NCBI RefSeq assembly: GCF_006345805.1 | Contig: NC_043001.1 | Location: 52,886,001-52,950,000 of the forward strand | Source of the DNA: Octopus sinensis | Taxonomy: Eukaryota | Reading direction: 5' to 3' | DNA length: 64,000 bases | In this document: positions 12,760 to 26,160 of the stretch, piece after piece | Position numbering within the stretch: position 1 is the stretch's first letter | Layout of the letters: the number at the start of each line of letters is the position of its first letter | Program-made: the position numbers and the translations under genes | The notes under the pieces: model-generated | Databases searched by the model: none | What the model was told of the DNA's origin: nothing | What the model saw: the letters and a program-made list of their open reading frames with translations, nothing else

Positions 12760-14330
12760 GTTTACCTTGACCAGCAGAACGTCATAAAAGAATTAGAGAG
12801 CTACAGGTACCTTGGGGTAATAGAAGGGGACGGAATAAGGCATTCAGTGATGAAGGAAAGGATCAGGAGAGAATGTCATCGCAGAGTAAGAGCAATACTC
12901 AAGATAGAGCTGAATGCGGGAAACAGGATCGAAGGGATCAATGCTTTAGCCATACCAGTCGTGACTTACAATTTCAATATCGTTAACTCGTCAATTACTG
13001 AAATACGTAATCTTCACAGAAAAATACGAAAACTGTTGACAATGCGTAGATGGCACCACTCTAAGGCAGATACAGAACGACTTTATCTGCCAAAGAAAAG
13101 AGGGAGGCCGTGAACTCTTACAACTGGCAATAACAATGAAGATTGCTACAATTGGCCTAGACACCTACCTGAAAAACTCTGAGGACTGGATGTTAAAACT
13201 TGTCTCAAAACATGAAAACAAGAAAGCATCATAATCAGTAACAAAAGAGGCAAAGGAATATCTAAGTGAATTCCGAATACAACGCATTTCGGAATTAGAC
13301 ATACAAGAAACAAGCACAGAAAAAGCTAAGCGCATGAAAACCCGTGCTAAAACTGCTGCCTTAGATATTCTGAATGATAAATGTCAAGAAAAAACCCTTT
13401 ATAGCAAATACCCAAAGAGAGCGAATAATGCAGATATTGACAAAGCCCTGACCCATCAATGGCTAATGGCTTCTGGCTTAAAATCTGAACAGAAGGGTTT
13501 ATCATAGCAGCTCAAGATCAATGCCTACCAACAAGAAACTACCAGGCCAACATATTAAAGAACAGCAGTAGTCCAACATGTCGTGTATGTCAACAACAAA
13601 ATGAAACCATTGATCAAGTTGTCTCCAAGTGCAGTCTTCTAGCGCCTACAGAGTATCTCAACAGGCATGATAGAGCTGCACAATATATTCACCGGATAAA
13701 TTGCAAAAACCTGGATTTGACCCATGAAAAAACTGGTGGGAACACAAACCATCTCCAGTACTTGAAAATGACCACATCTCACTCCTCTGGAACTTCACCA
13801 TTCAAACTGACAGAAAGATAGATGCAAATAGGCCAGACATCATATTGAAAGACTTCAGACAAAGAACATGCCTCCTCATTGATATGACTGTCCCAATCGA
13901 TATATACGTATGTGTCAAGACCTACCAAAAACTGAGCAAATATAAAGATCTTGAAATAGAAATCAGCAAAATGTGGAAGCTGAAGTCTAAAACAATACCT
14001 GTTGTCATAGGTACCCTGGGAAAGATAGCAAAAGGGGCTGATTGCGACCTAACTCAGATACCAGGAAACTCCAAAATGGCAGGAATTCAAAAGAGAGTGC
14101 TCATGGGAACTGTTCATATCCTAGGTAAAATACTTTCTCTGTAATCTCAAGTTTTAAAACAAAGATAATTTTTGTATTTTTTTAGACATTCACTAGTACA
14201 GCACTAAATACAAAACCAAATATATGGCACACTAGGCATAACAACAATATGAACTTCCAACCTGTTGTCTCTTGAGGTATATGGGTGAGACTTGGAGCCA
14301 CCTTGTACAAATATATAAAGTCAAACATAG
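12759..14330 (+). mobile_element. 5'-truncated R4/Dong LINE, family B
   Basis: YRYLGVIE, KADTERLYLP, CRVC...ETID.VVS.C, RHDRAA and ANRPD...CLLIDM..P.D...KYKDLEIEISKMW. Bounded by (AAT)n and highly similar to 27184-28755 on the minus strand. Confidence 0.9.
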
Positions 14331-14352
14331 AATAATAATAATAATAATGATG

Positions 14353-14424
<72 letters not shown>

Positions 14425-14480
14425 TTAATAATGTAAAAATTACCTCAGGAATGAGAATCAAGATTAGAAATTTCCCGCAA

Positions 14481-14526
14481 GACACCTGATGAAGGCTGGA
14501 GGGTATATCAGCCGAAACGTTGTGCT
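14481..14526 (+). ncRNA. Candidate minimal hammerhead ribozyme with intact core
   Basis: GACAC CTGATGA A GGCTGG-AGGGTATA-TCAGCC GAAAC GTT GTGCT. It has the CUGAUGA and GAAA core, a 6-bp stem II, palindromic AACGTT and a short stem I. Confidence 0.65.
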
Positions 14527-14599
14527 AACAACAAACAAGATTAGGACAAATATCCGTCAAATGTAAATGGTGTAAAAGATGCGCTTAATCTCAATATTA

Positions 14600-15330
14600 A
14601 TGTATGAGGTGTTCCCAGTAATGTTTTTAGCGCTTGTTTGGGTTCATGAGGACAATACCATCGTTTAAAATGCCGCTCATATTCAAGAGACACCTGTGAC
14701 AGATACGTCTTGCGAGAACTTGACTTTGAAGTCCAAGTAACTAAATTTAAAACTGCCGTGCCACTCGTTCTGGGGGAATCAAAGGATGCATATACCATTT
14801 TGCGTCGAGAAAGACGTACGTGTCCGCAAAATTTTAATCATGCAAATGGCTACTTCATTCAAAAGTAGTGAACGAAAACCGTGAATCTAGCGATCCCGCT
14901 TCGACGCCAGTCAAGAACTATCTACATTTATATGGCTTCAGGAGGCGACAGCAGAATATTAAAAGCCAGTTTGCCACAAACCTATTTGTGTATAATTCAT
15001 TTTGGGAGGCGAGTTTATTTGCCTCCAAAGGAATTTGGCCGAGTAATATTTTAAAATGCCTCATATCAAGGAGCGATATATTATCTACGTGATTCTAACC
15101 CAAATCCTCCATGTTGGTGCTTTCGGAAGTGTAAGTCCAAAAAGGAACTCTTCTAATGAATTGTTTCATTTTTATATTCGAGTAAACAAACTTCACTAAC
15201 TTATCATTTCCATTTTGGAGATGAGGTGGCTGAGAGCTCATGTGTGAAAAATCGTCACATGAACGAAGAATACAATGCCTTGTCATCGTTACGTTTGTAA
15301 TTATCAATATTTATGTTGTTGTTTCTGCTA
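14600..15330 (-). mobile_element. Heavily decayed Gypsy-like pol (RT-RNase H) relic
   Basis: Fragments across frames resemble RSFLG..YY.KF, A.AS+SL, IHG.+.LL and (W)GT.+LN.DFKV of Ty3/Gypsy RNase H. There are many stops. Confidence 0.35.
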
Positions 15331-16904
15331 ATGTTCTAGTATTGACTATTTTTACAGATGCTATTTTTGTATATGCCTCGCTCTTCAAAATGCCTATTTT
15401 GGGATTGTTTAAAATGACAATATATGCATAGGGCATGAAAGAACTGCGTGGTGGATTTTTGGTTAAATTCGGAAACTTAATTTTAACAATCTCAAAAACC
15501 AAGATCTTCCAGTGTGTAAACATTTATGAGAGGCAGAGAGAGAAGAACGCGGGAAGGGGAGGGTGGGATAGGGTAAAGAGTGAGCATTCGTATTAGTGTT
15601 ACTCCAGGCTAAACTGCATGCACGATACAACGTTTCGAATTTAGACACAGGGCTAGCAGTTTCCGGTTCTGCGTATTACTTGATGCTATTGACAGAAGGA
15701 CTTACCTGATTCTTTATTTTAGAGTGAAATTTTTTACCTCTTGAGGCATATCAAAAAAATTATAAATCATGCTAATGATACAACAAAATCAACAACACCA
15801 CTTATATAGGTTTATCTTTTGATTAGCCATAAGGATATGAAAATTAGCCATAAGGATATGAATCATATATAGACTTTTAATAATGGAACTTACTAACAAG
15901 TCTGAATTAAAGCGGCCGAGTTATACAAATGAGAAAAGTTTTATTGGGTATATGTCTCTTCTGCAATGTCGCATTTCCAATTGGATTTCTTTAATGTCTA
16001 CGAATTCCATTTAGATTTCCTTAAAGTCTAGAAATTTGAAATCAATTTCTTTATATATTTGGTTATAAATTCTCTAGATCGGAATTAGCTTTACTTTAAT
16101 AAATAAAAGCTACTTAAGATAAAATATACATGTCAGGCATATTCTCACTTCACTTTCACGTATGACTACATACCGACAAATTATTGCGTAATAATGGCTA
16201 AATATTTTCCAAGTAAAAATAATAAATCGACAATATAATGTAGGCATGCGAAGTACTAAGCGTGTAATCTCTCGTATGAATTTTGCATTTACATATGTAT
16301 TTATTTTCATATTTGTTATTTCTCTGAAAACGTTTGACATTTCTATATATCTAATTCTGTTAAGAATTATGCTTACAACTCACTGTTTTACACACATGCA
16401 CACATTTATCGACACATACATTCACACACGCCTATACCTAACGCATATACCTTTCATATATTCGCAAGGACACGGATACATATACTCAAATACACATACA
16501 TTAGTTATGTGTGCAATTCTGTCTTTGAATATAATGAGAAACAACTAAATCTATACTTGTACACATGAACATATTTATGCAATTAAGTTTGCTACAGTAT
16601 TAATTAATGATGTACGCTTTAAGCTAACGCAGATAGATGATGGGCGGTAAATTATACAGGTATGAGGTTTTTGACACCGTATATTTCGTATGAAATGAGG
16701 AGATTATTCTTATCAGGACTGGTAGAGCATAATTACCAGTGCTGTATACAGAAGGAACTCGATTTCATAAAGAATTTCGTTCGTTTTAAAATTAACTATT
16801 AATGAACTATTAATGAATCTAATATCGGAGAACTCAATATCTCAATATATATAGGGCTTGTATATTACTATATCACCTGGAAACGGTTCCGAAACGTACA
16901 ACAA

Positions 16905-17240
16905 TACGAATACCCAGTCATTTACCATGCTCTGAACGCCTTGCTTCCCTGGGCATGGACACATTGAAACTCAGACGTCTGGAAATTGGCTTGATAGACA
17001 CTCATAGTGTTATCCGCCATTTTCCATCACTATTCTGGGGCACCTTTTTGAAATTCATATGTGAAACACTCGGGGACATTCTCACAAAATCATAAAATAG
17101 CACACTTTCGGAATCAATTTTTCACGCTGAGAATTGTTGAAGCATGGAATAAACTGCCAGCATCAGTCTTTTACTATCGGGAAAGTATATTTTTTACAAC
17201 TTCCATGCTTCTTGCAATCTGTCACCAATACGCCTGATGG
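16905..17240 (+). mobile_element. CR1-clade LINE 3' coding remnant
   Basis: LP.SERLASLG..TLKLRRL, NTRGHSHKI and FTLRIVEAWNKLP, which match the C-terminus of CR1 ORF2. Confidence 0.7.
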
Positions 17241-19906
17241 ATTATTTTTCTTAGTTGTGTACCTGAGTACTGTATACCACAATTTCTTTCATTCATATAT
17301 ATATATATATATATATGTATAATATATATTCATATATACATATATATTTAAATATATGTGCATCTGCATATATATATATCTATATATTAATATAAAAACA
17401 TATATATATATATATATGCAAGCACCTAGACCAATGCCCCGTAGACATAAACCCTAAATACCAAATCTTCCCTCTCTATCAATGCACTGAGAAGACTTCA
17501 ACCCAATTCCGTTTAAATAAGGAAAACATTCTGATTTAAAAATAAAAACCACTGCTGGATATTCTTTAGGAAGAATAAAAAGCAGTAAAAAGGAAAGAAA
17601 AAGACTCAATTTCTCCACAAAAACAACCATGAATAACAAACAATATTTTAAAAGCTTTAGTAACAATGTTCCACTCGTGTTCCGAAATCGAAACTCCAAA
17701 TCCCCATACAAACAGCAGTTGCCGACATCAACAACCTCTAGTCCAATCAAATTTTATAAACACCACTTGCTGACGTCACCTAACAACAGACCTATCAAAA
17801 CCGAACTTAAGCAAAAACAACGAAATGACTCTTTATGTGAACTAACCATCCGGAACAACTGATGACCGTCTCCACTAGGAAGTCAACCAAGAAGAACAAG
17901 CTTGACCACCGAAAAACATCACCAGTTTTGTAACGAATCAAAATCAGATTCATTCGCGGAAAAAAAATTATAAATACATCTGATCCCAAAACATACCAAT
18001 ACAAGCGAAAGCGTCTACGGAAAAAAAAGGATCAGAGAGCTGTAAACCAAATTCCCTTTATTTTAAAGTTTTCGTTTCTCCCTTGTTTTTTCCTTCTTAA
18101 CTCAGTAGAACTTGTAAATCACCACTAACTTTAATGAAATTTGCCAATTGAAGCAAATTGATATACAGTTTTAATATATTGACTACTATGAACATTCAAA
18201 CTTGCACCTGTTCTAATTCCTAATGCCAAAGTTTCCCGTTTCGAACATGTTATTTTTAAACATTGAATTATTTTAATTTGTCAACATTGAAAGTTTTGAA
18301 GATATTTTTTCTAATTCATAATTTTAAACTTGTACCATTGATAAATAAAATTATTATTGAAACTAATTTGGTATATATGTAAAGAAATGTATTGTAAACA
18401 TTTACGAGTTTTTGAAATTTAGGTGCATTTTCAACAAAACATTTCCCTTTCACGTTTTTGTAAAAGTAATGCTTGATTTATTTTTGCAGTTGGAAGCTGT
18501 GATCGACGCTACCTTCAATCAAGAGAGTACGAACGGGTCATATGTGGATTACCACTGTATTGGGAATGAAATTATATACTGTTTTCTGAGCTACATGTTT
18601 TTTTCTAGAGATCACTTGATGTGATTTTAAATAAATCGAGGAGATAAAACTCCAATTTCTCGTAATTTTTATGCCCAATAGCACAGCAGGTTAGTCCATA
18701 TCTTCTCTTCCATCGTACTATAATACACACCACATCAAGCTTCAGTGAGCATTTTCTTATTTTGTCGTTGATGGAGAATATAATGACTTGTTCGAAATAT
18801 TTATTCCACTACAAACGTTCAGTATATACATTTAGAAAATCAATATTTAGAAGCTGTTTGATTTCTGAGGGATTACTTTTTATTCTCTTCTTTAAAACGG
18901 CTACACGTAAAAGCCAGTAGGAAATATTTCAATGCAAATATGGACATACAAAATTATTTAAGACGTTTTGATAGCAAAAGAAATTCCCGAGAACTTATCA
19001 TATATAGGCAGCTCTTCTATTTTCAATTTGTAATTTCGAAATTGCATGTAAGAAGCAAATTATCTTGATGGTTTAGATGGTCTCTACTTAAGAGATGTGG
19101 TTTGATTTAATATTGATGTTTTATGAAAAATTTACAGTACAAGAGATACCTTCTAATAGCAAAGAAGAATTTAAAAGTATATCTTCACATGAGAACGTAT
19201 ATCAAATATAAATTGCTGCTTGCTGTAGCTTACAATATGCATACCGGGTATTATTGTGATTGATGATCTGAAGTAAACTTTAGATATCGTACAAGAGTCG
19301 TAGATATACATTACTGTGAAATACAAAGTGAATAATAGATTACAACAAGCATATAAGTGCATGTGTATGTTAATTTTCCACGTCTTTGAGTAGCTATGTA
19401 CATTTGCTCTCAGAGATAAACAAACACAGATTAAATTATCTGTATGTGGAATACAGAGAAGTACTCAATACAGCTTGATGATAAATATGTGCAGAATTTG
19501 GTATATTTTGAATAATTTTAGTGTATTTACAAGTCCGGGATGACTACATTTAGGCCCAGTTATTTGTATTTATTTTATATTTTCTCGTCTTAACTGCACA
19601 TAGTTCTGTACTGACAATTTCTATAATCATTGCACAACATGGGCTATATAAAGAATGAAACTAATAAAATTCAGTAAAACACGAAGCAAAATACATTTAC
19701 ATTCCGGAAATACCAATTAAAATCATTAACCGTGGAAAGGAGAATGAGATTAACCATATGCGACGAAAGACTTAATTTGATTTTAAAAAGATAACTTTAA
19801 CAATTACAATTATGTTGATGACAACAACGATGATGACGGCGATGATGATGATGATATCAGGCAAAAATAAGCAATATAAAATTAATTTATGGTTTATTAG
19901 TTGTAA

Positions 19907-20743
19907 TCTATATATATAAAACTCAACTTGTGTGTCTGTGTATGTATCTGTGTGTGTGTCTGTGTGTTTAACTTCCCGGTACATCTCCTCCTAGCCACAC
20001 AAATCGTAGAACCACAAAAAATGGGTCACTTAAAGTTTAGGGGAATGGACATTGAACTGCGCTATTTCTCTTCCGAAATTCATCTCGCAAGTGCAAAAAT
20101 TGATAATGTGTTTGTTTAGGCCTTATCCCATGCATTGAATTGTGAACTTTACTCAGTCAGCTTTTTGACGTGAACTGTGTTCACCACGCGTGCAAGCATG
20201 CGTAAATTGCATGAAAAATAAGAAAATCAAGATATAAAAACGAATCGCCGTAAACATTGTAGAAATTCGGCAAAGAAATGAATTTTCGGGATATAGCCTG
20301 GAGGGATTTTTCGTATTAATCGTTTGGACTTTGTGAACACATACCAATTGTGTTCATAACGTTTTTAACGCTTTGAGTTAAATGTGACTATTTTGCGTTG
20401 AGTCTGCAGTTTGAATCACTTTAACCAAATTTTTGCAGGCCGGATTTTTGATCATCACGATACATCGCCAGTGACTCCCTGAAACTCTGCCCTGAAATCC
20501 CCGTTGAGAAATACTGATCTAAAAGAATAATTCAACGATGCAATTATTTGATCAACAAAAATTTATGAAACGCTTCTACGTAATTCCTATTGAGGAAATG
20601 GAACATATAAGCGCAAAAACAGAGGGCATTAAATGCTTGATTTTAAAACCAAAATAATTGAATTTGATTGAACTTCATCCAAGTTTAGCTTAATTCGCGC
20701 GTGCATAGAGCGCACGAGCGCACGAGTAGGGCAATGCTGCTAG
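19907..20743 (+). mobile_element. Complete 837-bp non-autonomous Helitron
   Basis: Starts A|TCTATATATATAAAACTC, has a CGTGC/GCACG hairpin near the end, and ends GCTGCTAG|T. Confidence 0.8.
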
Positions 20744-21139
20744 TGATATTATTTACTAAAATTACAATAATCTAGAATAGTTACAAGTACACCTTCTAAA
20801 GTCAGAAAACGCCTAAAATGTATCGTGTAACTTCCATAGTCAAGTTAATTCTGTGATTAAAATATTGGTGTCTATTTTAAAGCCGAACATTCCACTTCGA
20901 CATAAATAGTTGCCATTTTTAACAAGTTTACTATTTCCTCTCGTACTTGAAGACAGTAATATTAAAAATAATTATATTAGGGAGTATGTTGGCAAAATTA
21001 GTAGTATCAATGTTACTACTTATAAGAGATCATGATATATCAATATAATTTGAGTTCAATGTAAAATTAATTAACAATAATTGCCATACTAATGAGGAAG
21101 AGAAGAATACGCGCAAAAGCAACAAACGTAGTAGTAGTA

Positions 21140-21174
<35 letters not shown>

Positions 21175-21284
21175 ATGGTAGTGGTGGTGGTGGTGGTGGT
21201 GGTGGAGTAGTAACAACTACAAGAGCAGCAGCAGCAACAACAACAATAGCAACAACAGCCAAAAGAACTACAACAACAATAATA

Positions 21285-21436
21285 ATAACCGTTTCTACTG
21301 AAGGAACAAGGCCTCAAATTTGGGGCAAGAGATTAAGTCAATTACATTGACCCCAGGGCGTAAGGATGAAAAGCAAAGCCAACGAAATACCGGTAAGCAT
21401 TTTGCCTGGAGTGCAAATGATTCTGGCACCTCACCG

Positions 21437-21439
<3 letters not shown>
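21285..21439 (-). mobile_element. tRNA-derived SINE, internally deleted (same family as 55998-56232)
   Basis: The reverse complement begins AGGCGGTGAGGTGCCAGAATC and shares GCTTTTCATCC and GGGGTCAATGTAAT with the copy at 55998. Confidence 0.75.
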
Positions 21440-21509
<70 letters not shown>

Positions 21510-21512
<3 letters not shown>

Positions 21513-22080
21513 GCCCTGATGCAGTACCAGGCAATGGCTCTCATGGCTTCTGATCTTAACTGATTGGAAGTGTTATCATGTGCATTGTTTTGTCTTGGTA
21601 TAAAAGATGGGCTACAGCAAATATTCTGCTCAATACCACAGATTTGCTTGTCAGTTGTTTGACCTTAACCAGTTGAGCATGTCCCTTAGTGGCTGACGAT
21701 ATGTGCATCTCTGATCACGAGCAGAAGTAGTGGGGGAGCATCATAGCCATGTGTTGAGAGGGATTCTTTGGGGTTTGAATAATTCACCTCTGGAAACATG
21801 GGTGGTTCTTTCAACATCCTTAAACAACCCTTATTCAGGGACCGTTTGAGCGGGATGGGCTACTCAACCTGACGAAAATTCTAACCGGGCCCCACCTGCA
21901 AGGTCATGTGCTGTTTATCTTGATATGAGATCACCATGTCGCGCACATATGGTTGTGATGCATGTTCCTGGTATGCCCTTATCAGACGGGTAGTCATGAT
22001 GGGTATATTGGGCTTCGTATATTTTACCCCAGTGTTACTTTGATGGCATGAACTGCTCTCTCACTCAATAATAATAATAA
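21510..22080 (+). mobile_element. ~570-bp non-coding retroelement-like unit flanked by (TAA)n
   Basis: It starts right after (AAT)n at 21441-21509 and ends in CAATAATAATAATAA. It has no ORF, and its last ~60 bp are duplicated at 22081-22145. Confidence 0.6.
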
Positions 22081-22887
22081 CGTATATTTTACCCCAGTGT
22101 CACTTTGATGACATGCACTACTCTCACACGCAATAAAAATAATAGCATTAGAAATGTAAAAAAATAATACTAATAAGATGGAGAGCAATAATAAATGATA
22201 AATACAAACTTACCAGAACCATCAGTAATTTAATACGTTATGCGAATAAATAAAGTTGAATAGCATTTACCGTTGATATTTGGCTTAACATTCATTGCGA
22301 TATAATGTCGTTTAGAGAAGCGTTATGTATAGGAAATACCAAAGATGAGCAAAGTTAATATTGTGTCTTCAACTGACTTCAAGAGAAGCTCTTTAGCTCG
22401 TGTCAGTTCATTTTCGCATATTAAGCCAAACATCATCTGTCACATTAGCAAATTATATCCATCGTCTACACGCTAATAATATTTCCTATAATACAAACTG
22501 TTCTCGTATTAGGATTTGCACATAATTCCAGGGTGACATAACTGCATAGAATCTCTATAGTACAGAATGTCGTTAAATATTTACTGAAACTACATTTTGC
22601 TGATATAGATTTTCTAAAACGTTCATTTTTTACCATGAACCACTGTTCTCCTGTTCTCTACAATGATTGTTAATGTGTAATTCCATAAAAAATCTCGTGC
22701 CAAATGTAATATATTCATCTTCATCTGTTTCCATATATCAACTCACAATAATTATCAACATGACAGGTCTATAATCTTGTCATACGTTAAATTATTCAAA
22801 AGCTTCACTGCATTTATAGTGGCAAAGACGTGTGAGAGCAACAAACATAAAAAGTTTGTCTTAGCTCTAGGAAGAACATTAGATGTC

Positions 22888-23163
22888 GAATTTACGGGGA
22901 CGTAAACACACCAAGACTGGTTGTCAAGCAATGGTAGGGGGACAAATACAGATACACACACACACACAAACAAACACACATTAATATATACGCACACACG
23001 ACGGGGTTCTTACAGTTTTCGCCTTCTAAATCTACTGACAGGACTTTGGTAGGCCCGAGGCTATATTATGAGAAACTGTTTCAAGGTGCCATGCAATGGG
23101 ACTGAACCTAGAACCTTGAGGTTGGGAAACAAGCTGCTTACCACACATCCACTCCTGCGCCTA
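22888..23163 (-). mobile_element. tRNA-derived SINE (family of 42221-42386)
   Basis: The reverse complement begins TAGGCGCAGGAGTGGATGTGTGGTAAGCAGCTTG...GGTTCAGTCC (A and B boxes) and has a (CA)n middle. Confidence 0.85.
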
Positions 23164-23761
23164 TATATATATATTTTCTTTAATTTCAATTTATTATTGA
23201 TTTTAATGTTATCCTTCTTATCTTCTTTATCATTTTTCATCTTCTTTATTATCTTAGGTTATTTTTATTTTTTGTTTTGTTAATTTTATTTATATTGAAT
23301 TTAGTTATTTTTTACTATATGGCATATAACTCACCTCATAGACACACTTACATTATATATATAATGTAAATTCTTTAACATATTAACATTCTGTATGCAT
23401 CCTTTAAAGAAAAAATGTTAATTCTAGTTCTATAAGATCATAAAGAAGACGTTCTGCCCCAAATAGTTTTAAAAAATGAATGATTTCTTAGCATACAACC
23501 AAATGCTTGGAATTGCATATCAACTAGAGGATAGAACTGAAACATATATGGAGTTTTTTCCGCATTTTTTGAACTTTACAACTTTTAATTTATGTGTATT
23601 GTTATGTTTTTTAAAAAATTAGATATCCTTATATCATACAAATAAATTATTCATACATACAATGTACTGAATATACTCGCGATTTCTGTTAACAAATTTC
23701 CATATTTAATGATACATATGACATTAAACACCAAAAGACTTGTCATGCACCATACATCTTA

Positions 23762-23852
<91 letters not shown>

Positions 23853-25358
23853 GAGAGAGAGAGAGGGGGGATAAATAGATAGATAGATTACCATCAATTA
23901 CACTCCGTATATTTTTCCTGTTGTGACTATTTCTTGAGAGAATTATGGTTTTGAAGATAGATTTATATATACTGTAGATTCACTTATAACATGACTTGCG
24001 GCTATCTATAGCACTTCCTAGGTTTTCTATTCCTTTAAAATATATAGAACATGACAATAAAATTGGTTTCTTTGAGGTTTCTCAATCTCTGATAGGTTTC
24101 TATTTCAATCAGTGTTCCCTAATGATCATACTTCCTATTAGATGTCATTATTAACTGTTTCTTAATATTATTCACCATCTTACTACCCTATTTTTCCATA
24201 TCGTCGAGAAAACACTTGACTGACCTTCTAGAAAATGCTTGACTCTTCGAAAATTTCATCTTCATTTCTGATTTTCATAGATGAAACCTTTATGGCTTCA
24301 TAAATGAAGATCAGCCATATCTACAAAATTTTGCACAGCAAAATTTTGAAACAATTTTCTAATATTATTCATCTCATCAAAATGTGATGATCCATTGAAG
24401 AATTATGCGTGATAAGAAGCCAAGGGTGAAATGTCTACTATATAATGAAATGAATACATAAAAATCATATATCCAGTATAGCTTAATTTTACGTTCATAA
24501 TTGCACAGTCGAATATACGAAAATTGAAAAAGTAATTTGAAGATCACGTAGAGGATACAACGCATCTCGAAAACAATTCAAATGCATTACCGGCAATTTA
24601 GATCTCTAAAGTATCACTATATTAGTAAGGAAACATGAATTAGCTACGGCTAGATCGACGCGAAAACTTTGTGCAATCTATTCTATAGAAGAGTATTCGA
24701 CACGCGTGATGAAAGAAATGTTGAGAATTGTTATGAAATGAATTTATATTTCAGACAAATAGACAGATGGATATCACTTATTAAAACCAATATGATACAC
24801 ACGTGCGCAAAAATTGTGCTTAGTCAAACTCGACATTCCACACCAAAAAAATATGCACCCCGCTTTAATTACCCAACGGAACCATCATCTGACCATTCTA
24901 CTACAATGAAATCCACTCACCAGTGGAATAATCAACTTAAGAACATAATATAATGTAAGACTAACAAATTTTGATTTTATTACCATTACCGATGTATCAA
25001 TTTATTTTTCCCATTCTGAACATATTCACTAAGACTAAGAAATGGAAACGATCGTAAATGCTACCTTCTTCGTTAATCAAGTTAAAGGCATACCAGCGAA
25101 AACGACGAGTTTCTCCTTGTTATTTACATCCATTTACTTCTCGTATGTATATATATATATATATATATACATTTATATATACAAAGAGAAAGAGAGAGAG
25201 ATGCAGAGAGGCGAGAGAAAGAAAGAGGAGAGAGAGAGAGAGAGAGAGAAAGAGGAGAGGGAGTATGTTATGTTAAATTTCTGAGCGAGATTTAAACAGT
25301 AGCAATACGGAACCGTAAGTATATATTTGCCATCTAAGTGTGGCGTTCTATACAGGAC

Positions 25359-25744
25359 AGTGCTACTGATGTTTATAGCCTCAGGAAGACATCTTCTCCT
25401 GCTGGATAATGACAGTATTTGGGAAGGGAGGTCATCCTTCCCATCTCTAGCCTTACATTATACACATGCAATTGACTTACTGAGATCAGCGACAGGTGTT
25501 ACGAGATCAGCAGCAGTGAGTCGCTAGAAAAATATATAGAAATTTACGAGTGAAATGAGCTTCCATCACTTGTTGGTTACATGCTGAGGACGGATAACCA
25601 CCCAGATCTCAAGTCCGTGCGTATCACGTAAGGTTAGAGATAGGAGCGATGACCTCCACTCGCAAATACTAATCGGACACAGAATATGTGTCGTTAGCCA
25701 GTTGGAGAAGATGTCTTGCTGGGGCTATAAACATCAGTAGCACT
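25359..25744. mobile_element. Inverted pair of a short HHR-family repeat with tails pointing outward
   Basis: 25359-25399 and 25704-25744 are 41-bp inverted repeats with 3 mismatches, and inverted homology continues for about 110 bp. A decayed HHR lies at 25580-25619. The unit is homologous to 56285-56447 and 49516-49672. Confidence 0.65.
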
Positions 25745-26160
25745 TCTATATTTGAGAGATGAGGAATTATGTACATTGATAGCTGTTGGACCTGACGTTG
25801 CTCATATTTTTCGTGTTGATGTTAAGCCCACCTCTGACTTGTATCTCCGTTCCTCATGCCAGCTATTACCCGTTAAAATATTATATCTGATTCGACAGGG
25901 ATTTTACCCGGTTAACTCCAACTTTAAGGGAATTTCCATTCAAACGCCCGATGCCAACTGAGCATTAAGGAGTTTTCGATAAATTCCTTCCTTATTTGAT
26001 CTTCATGGCATTTGAACTACCTATGTATCAAAAATCGGTTGGACGGTGTGGGAGGAGTTAGACTAACCAAAAACACAAAGACAGTCACCATTACATATTT
26101 ATGTAGATAGATTTACATTATTTACATTTTACGGATACTATTATTTTTATTATTATTATT

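Larger units (their letters stand above)
11270..14576 (+). mobile_element. Composite tRNA-head/(AAT)n/HHR element (right copy), interrupted by two Dong LINE fragments
   Basis: Head at 11270-11341 (GGCATATGGCGTAGT..TTAAGAGCGCGGGCTACTAA...GAGTTCGATTCCAGG). (AAT)n lies at 11342-11403, 12688-12758 and 14331-14432, and the tail at 14437-14576. Confidence 0.7.

Noticed and set aside
17860-17915. CTGATGA as a hammerhead core
   Set aside because: No stem II closed by GAAA and no stem I pairing.
18420-18800. Possible host exon after TTTATTTTTGCAG (18491), or a pogo-like DDE relic on the minus strand
   Set aside because: There is no good donor site or partner exon, and the pogo resemblance (FIPN, LLD.F) is too weak to call without a profile search.
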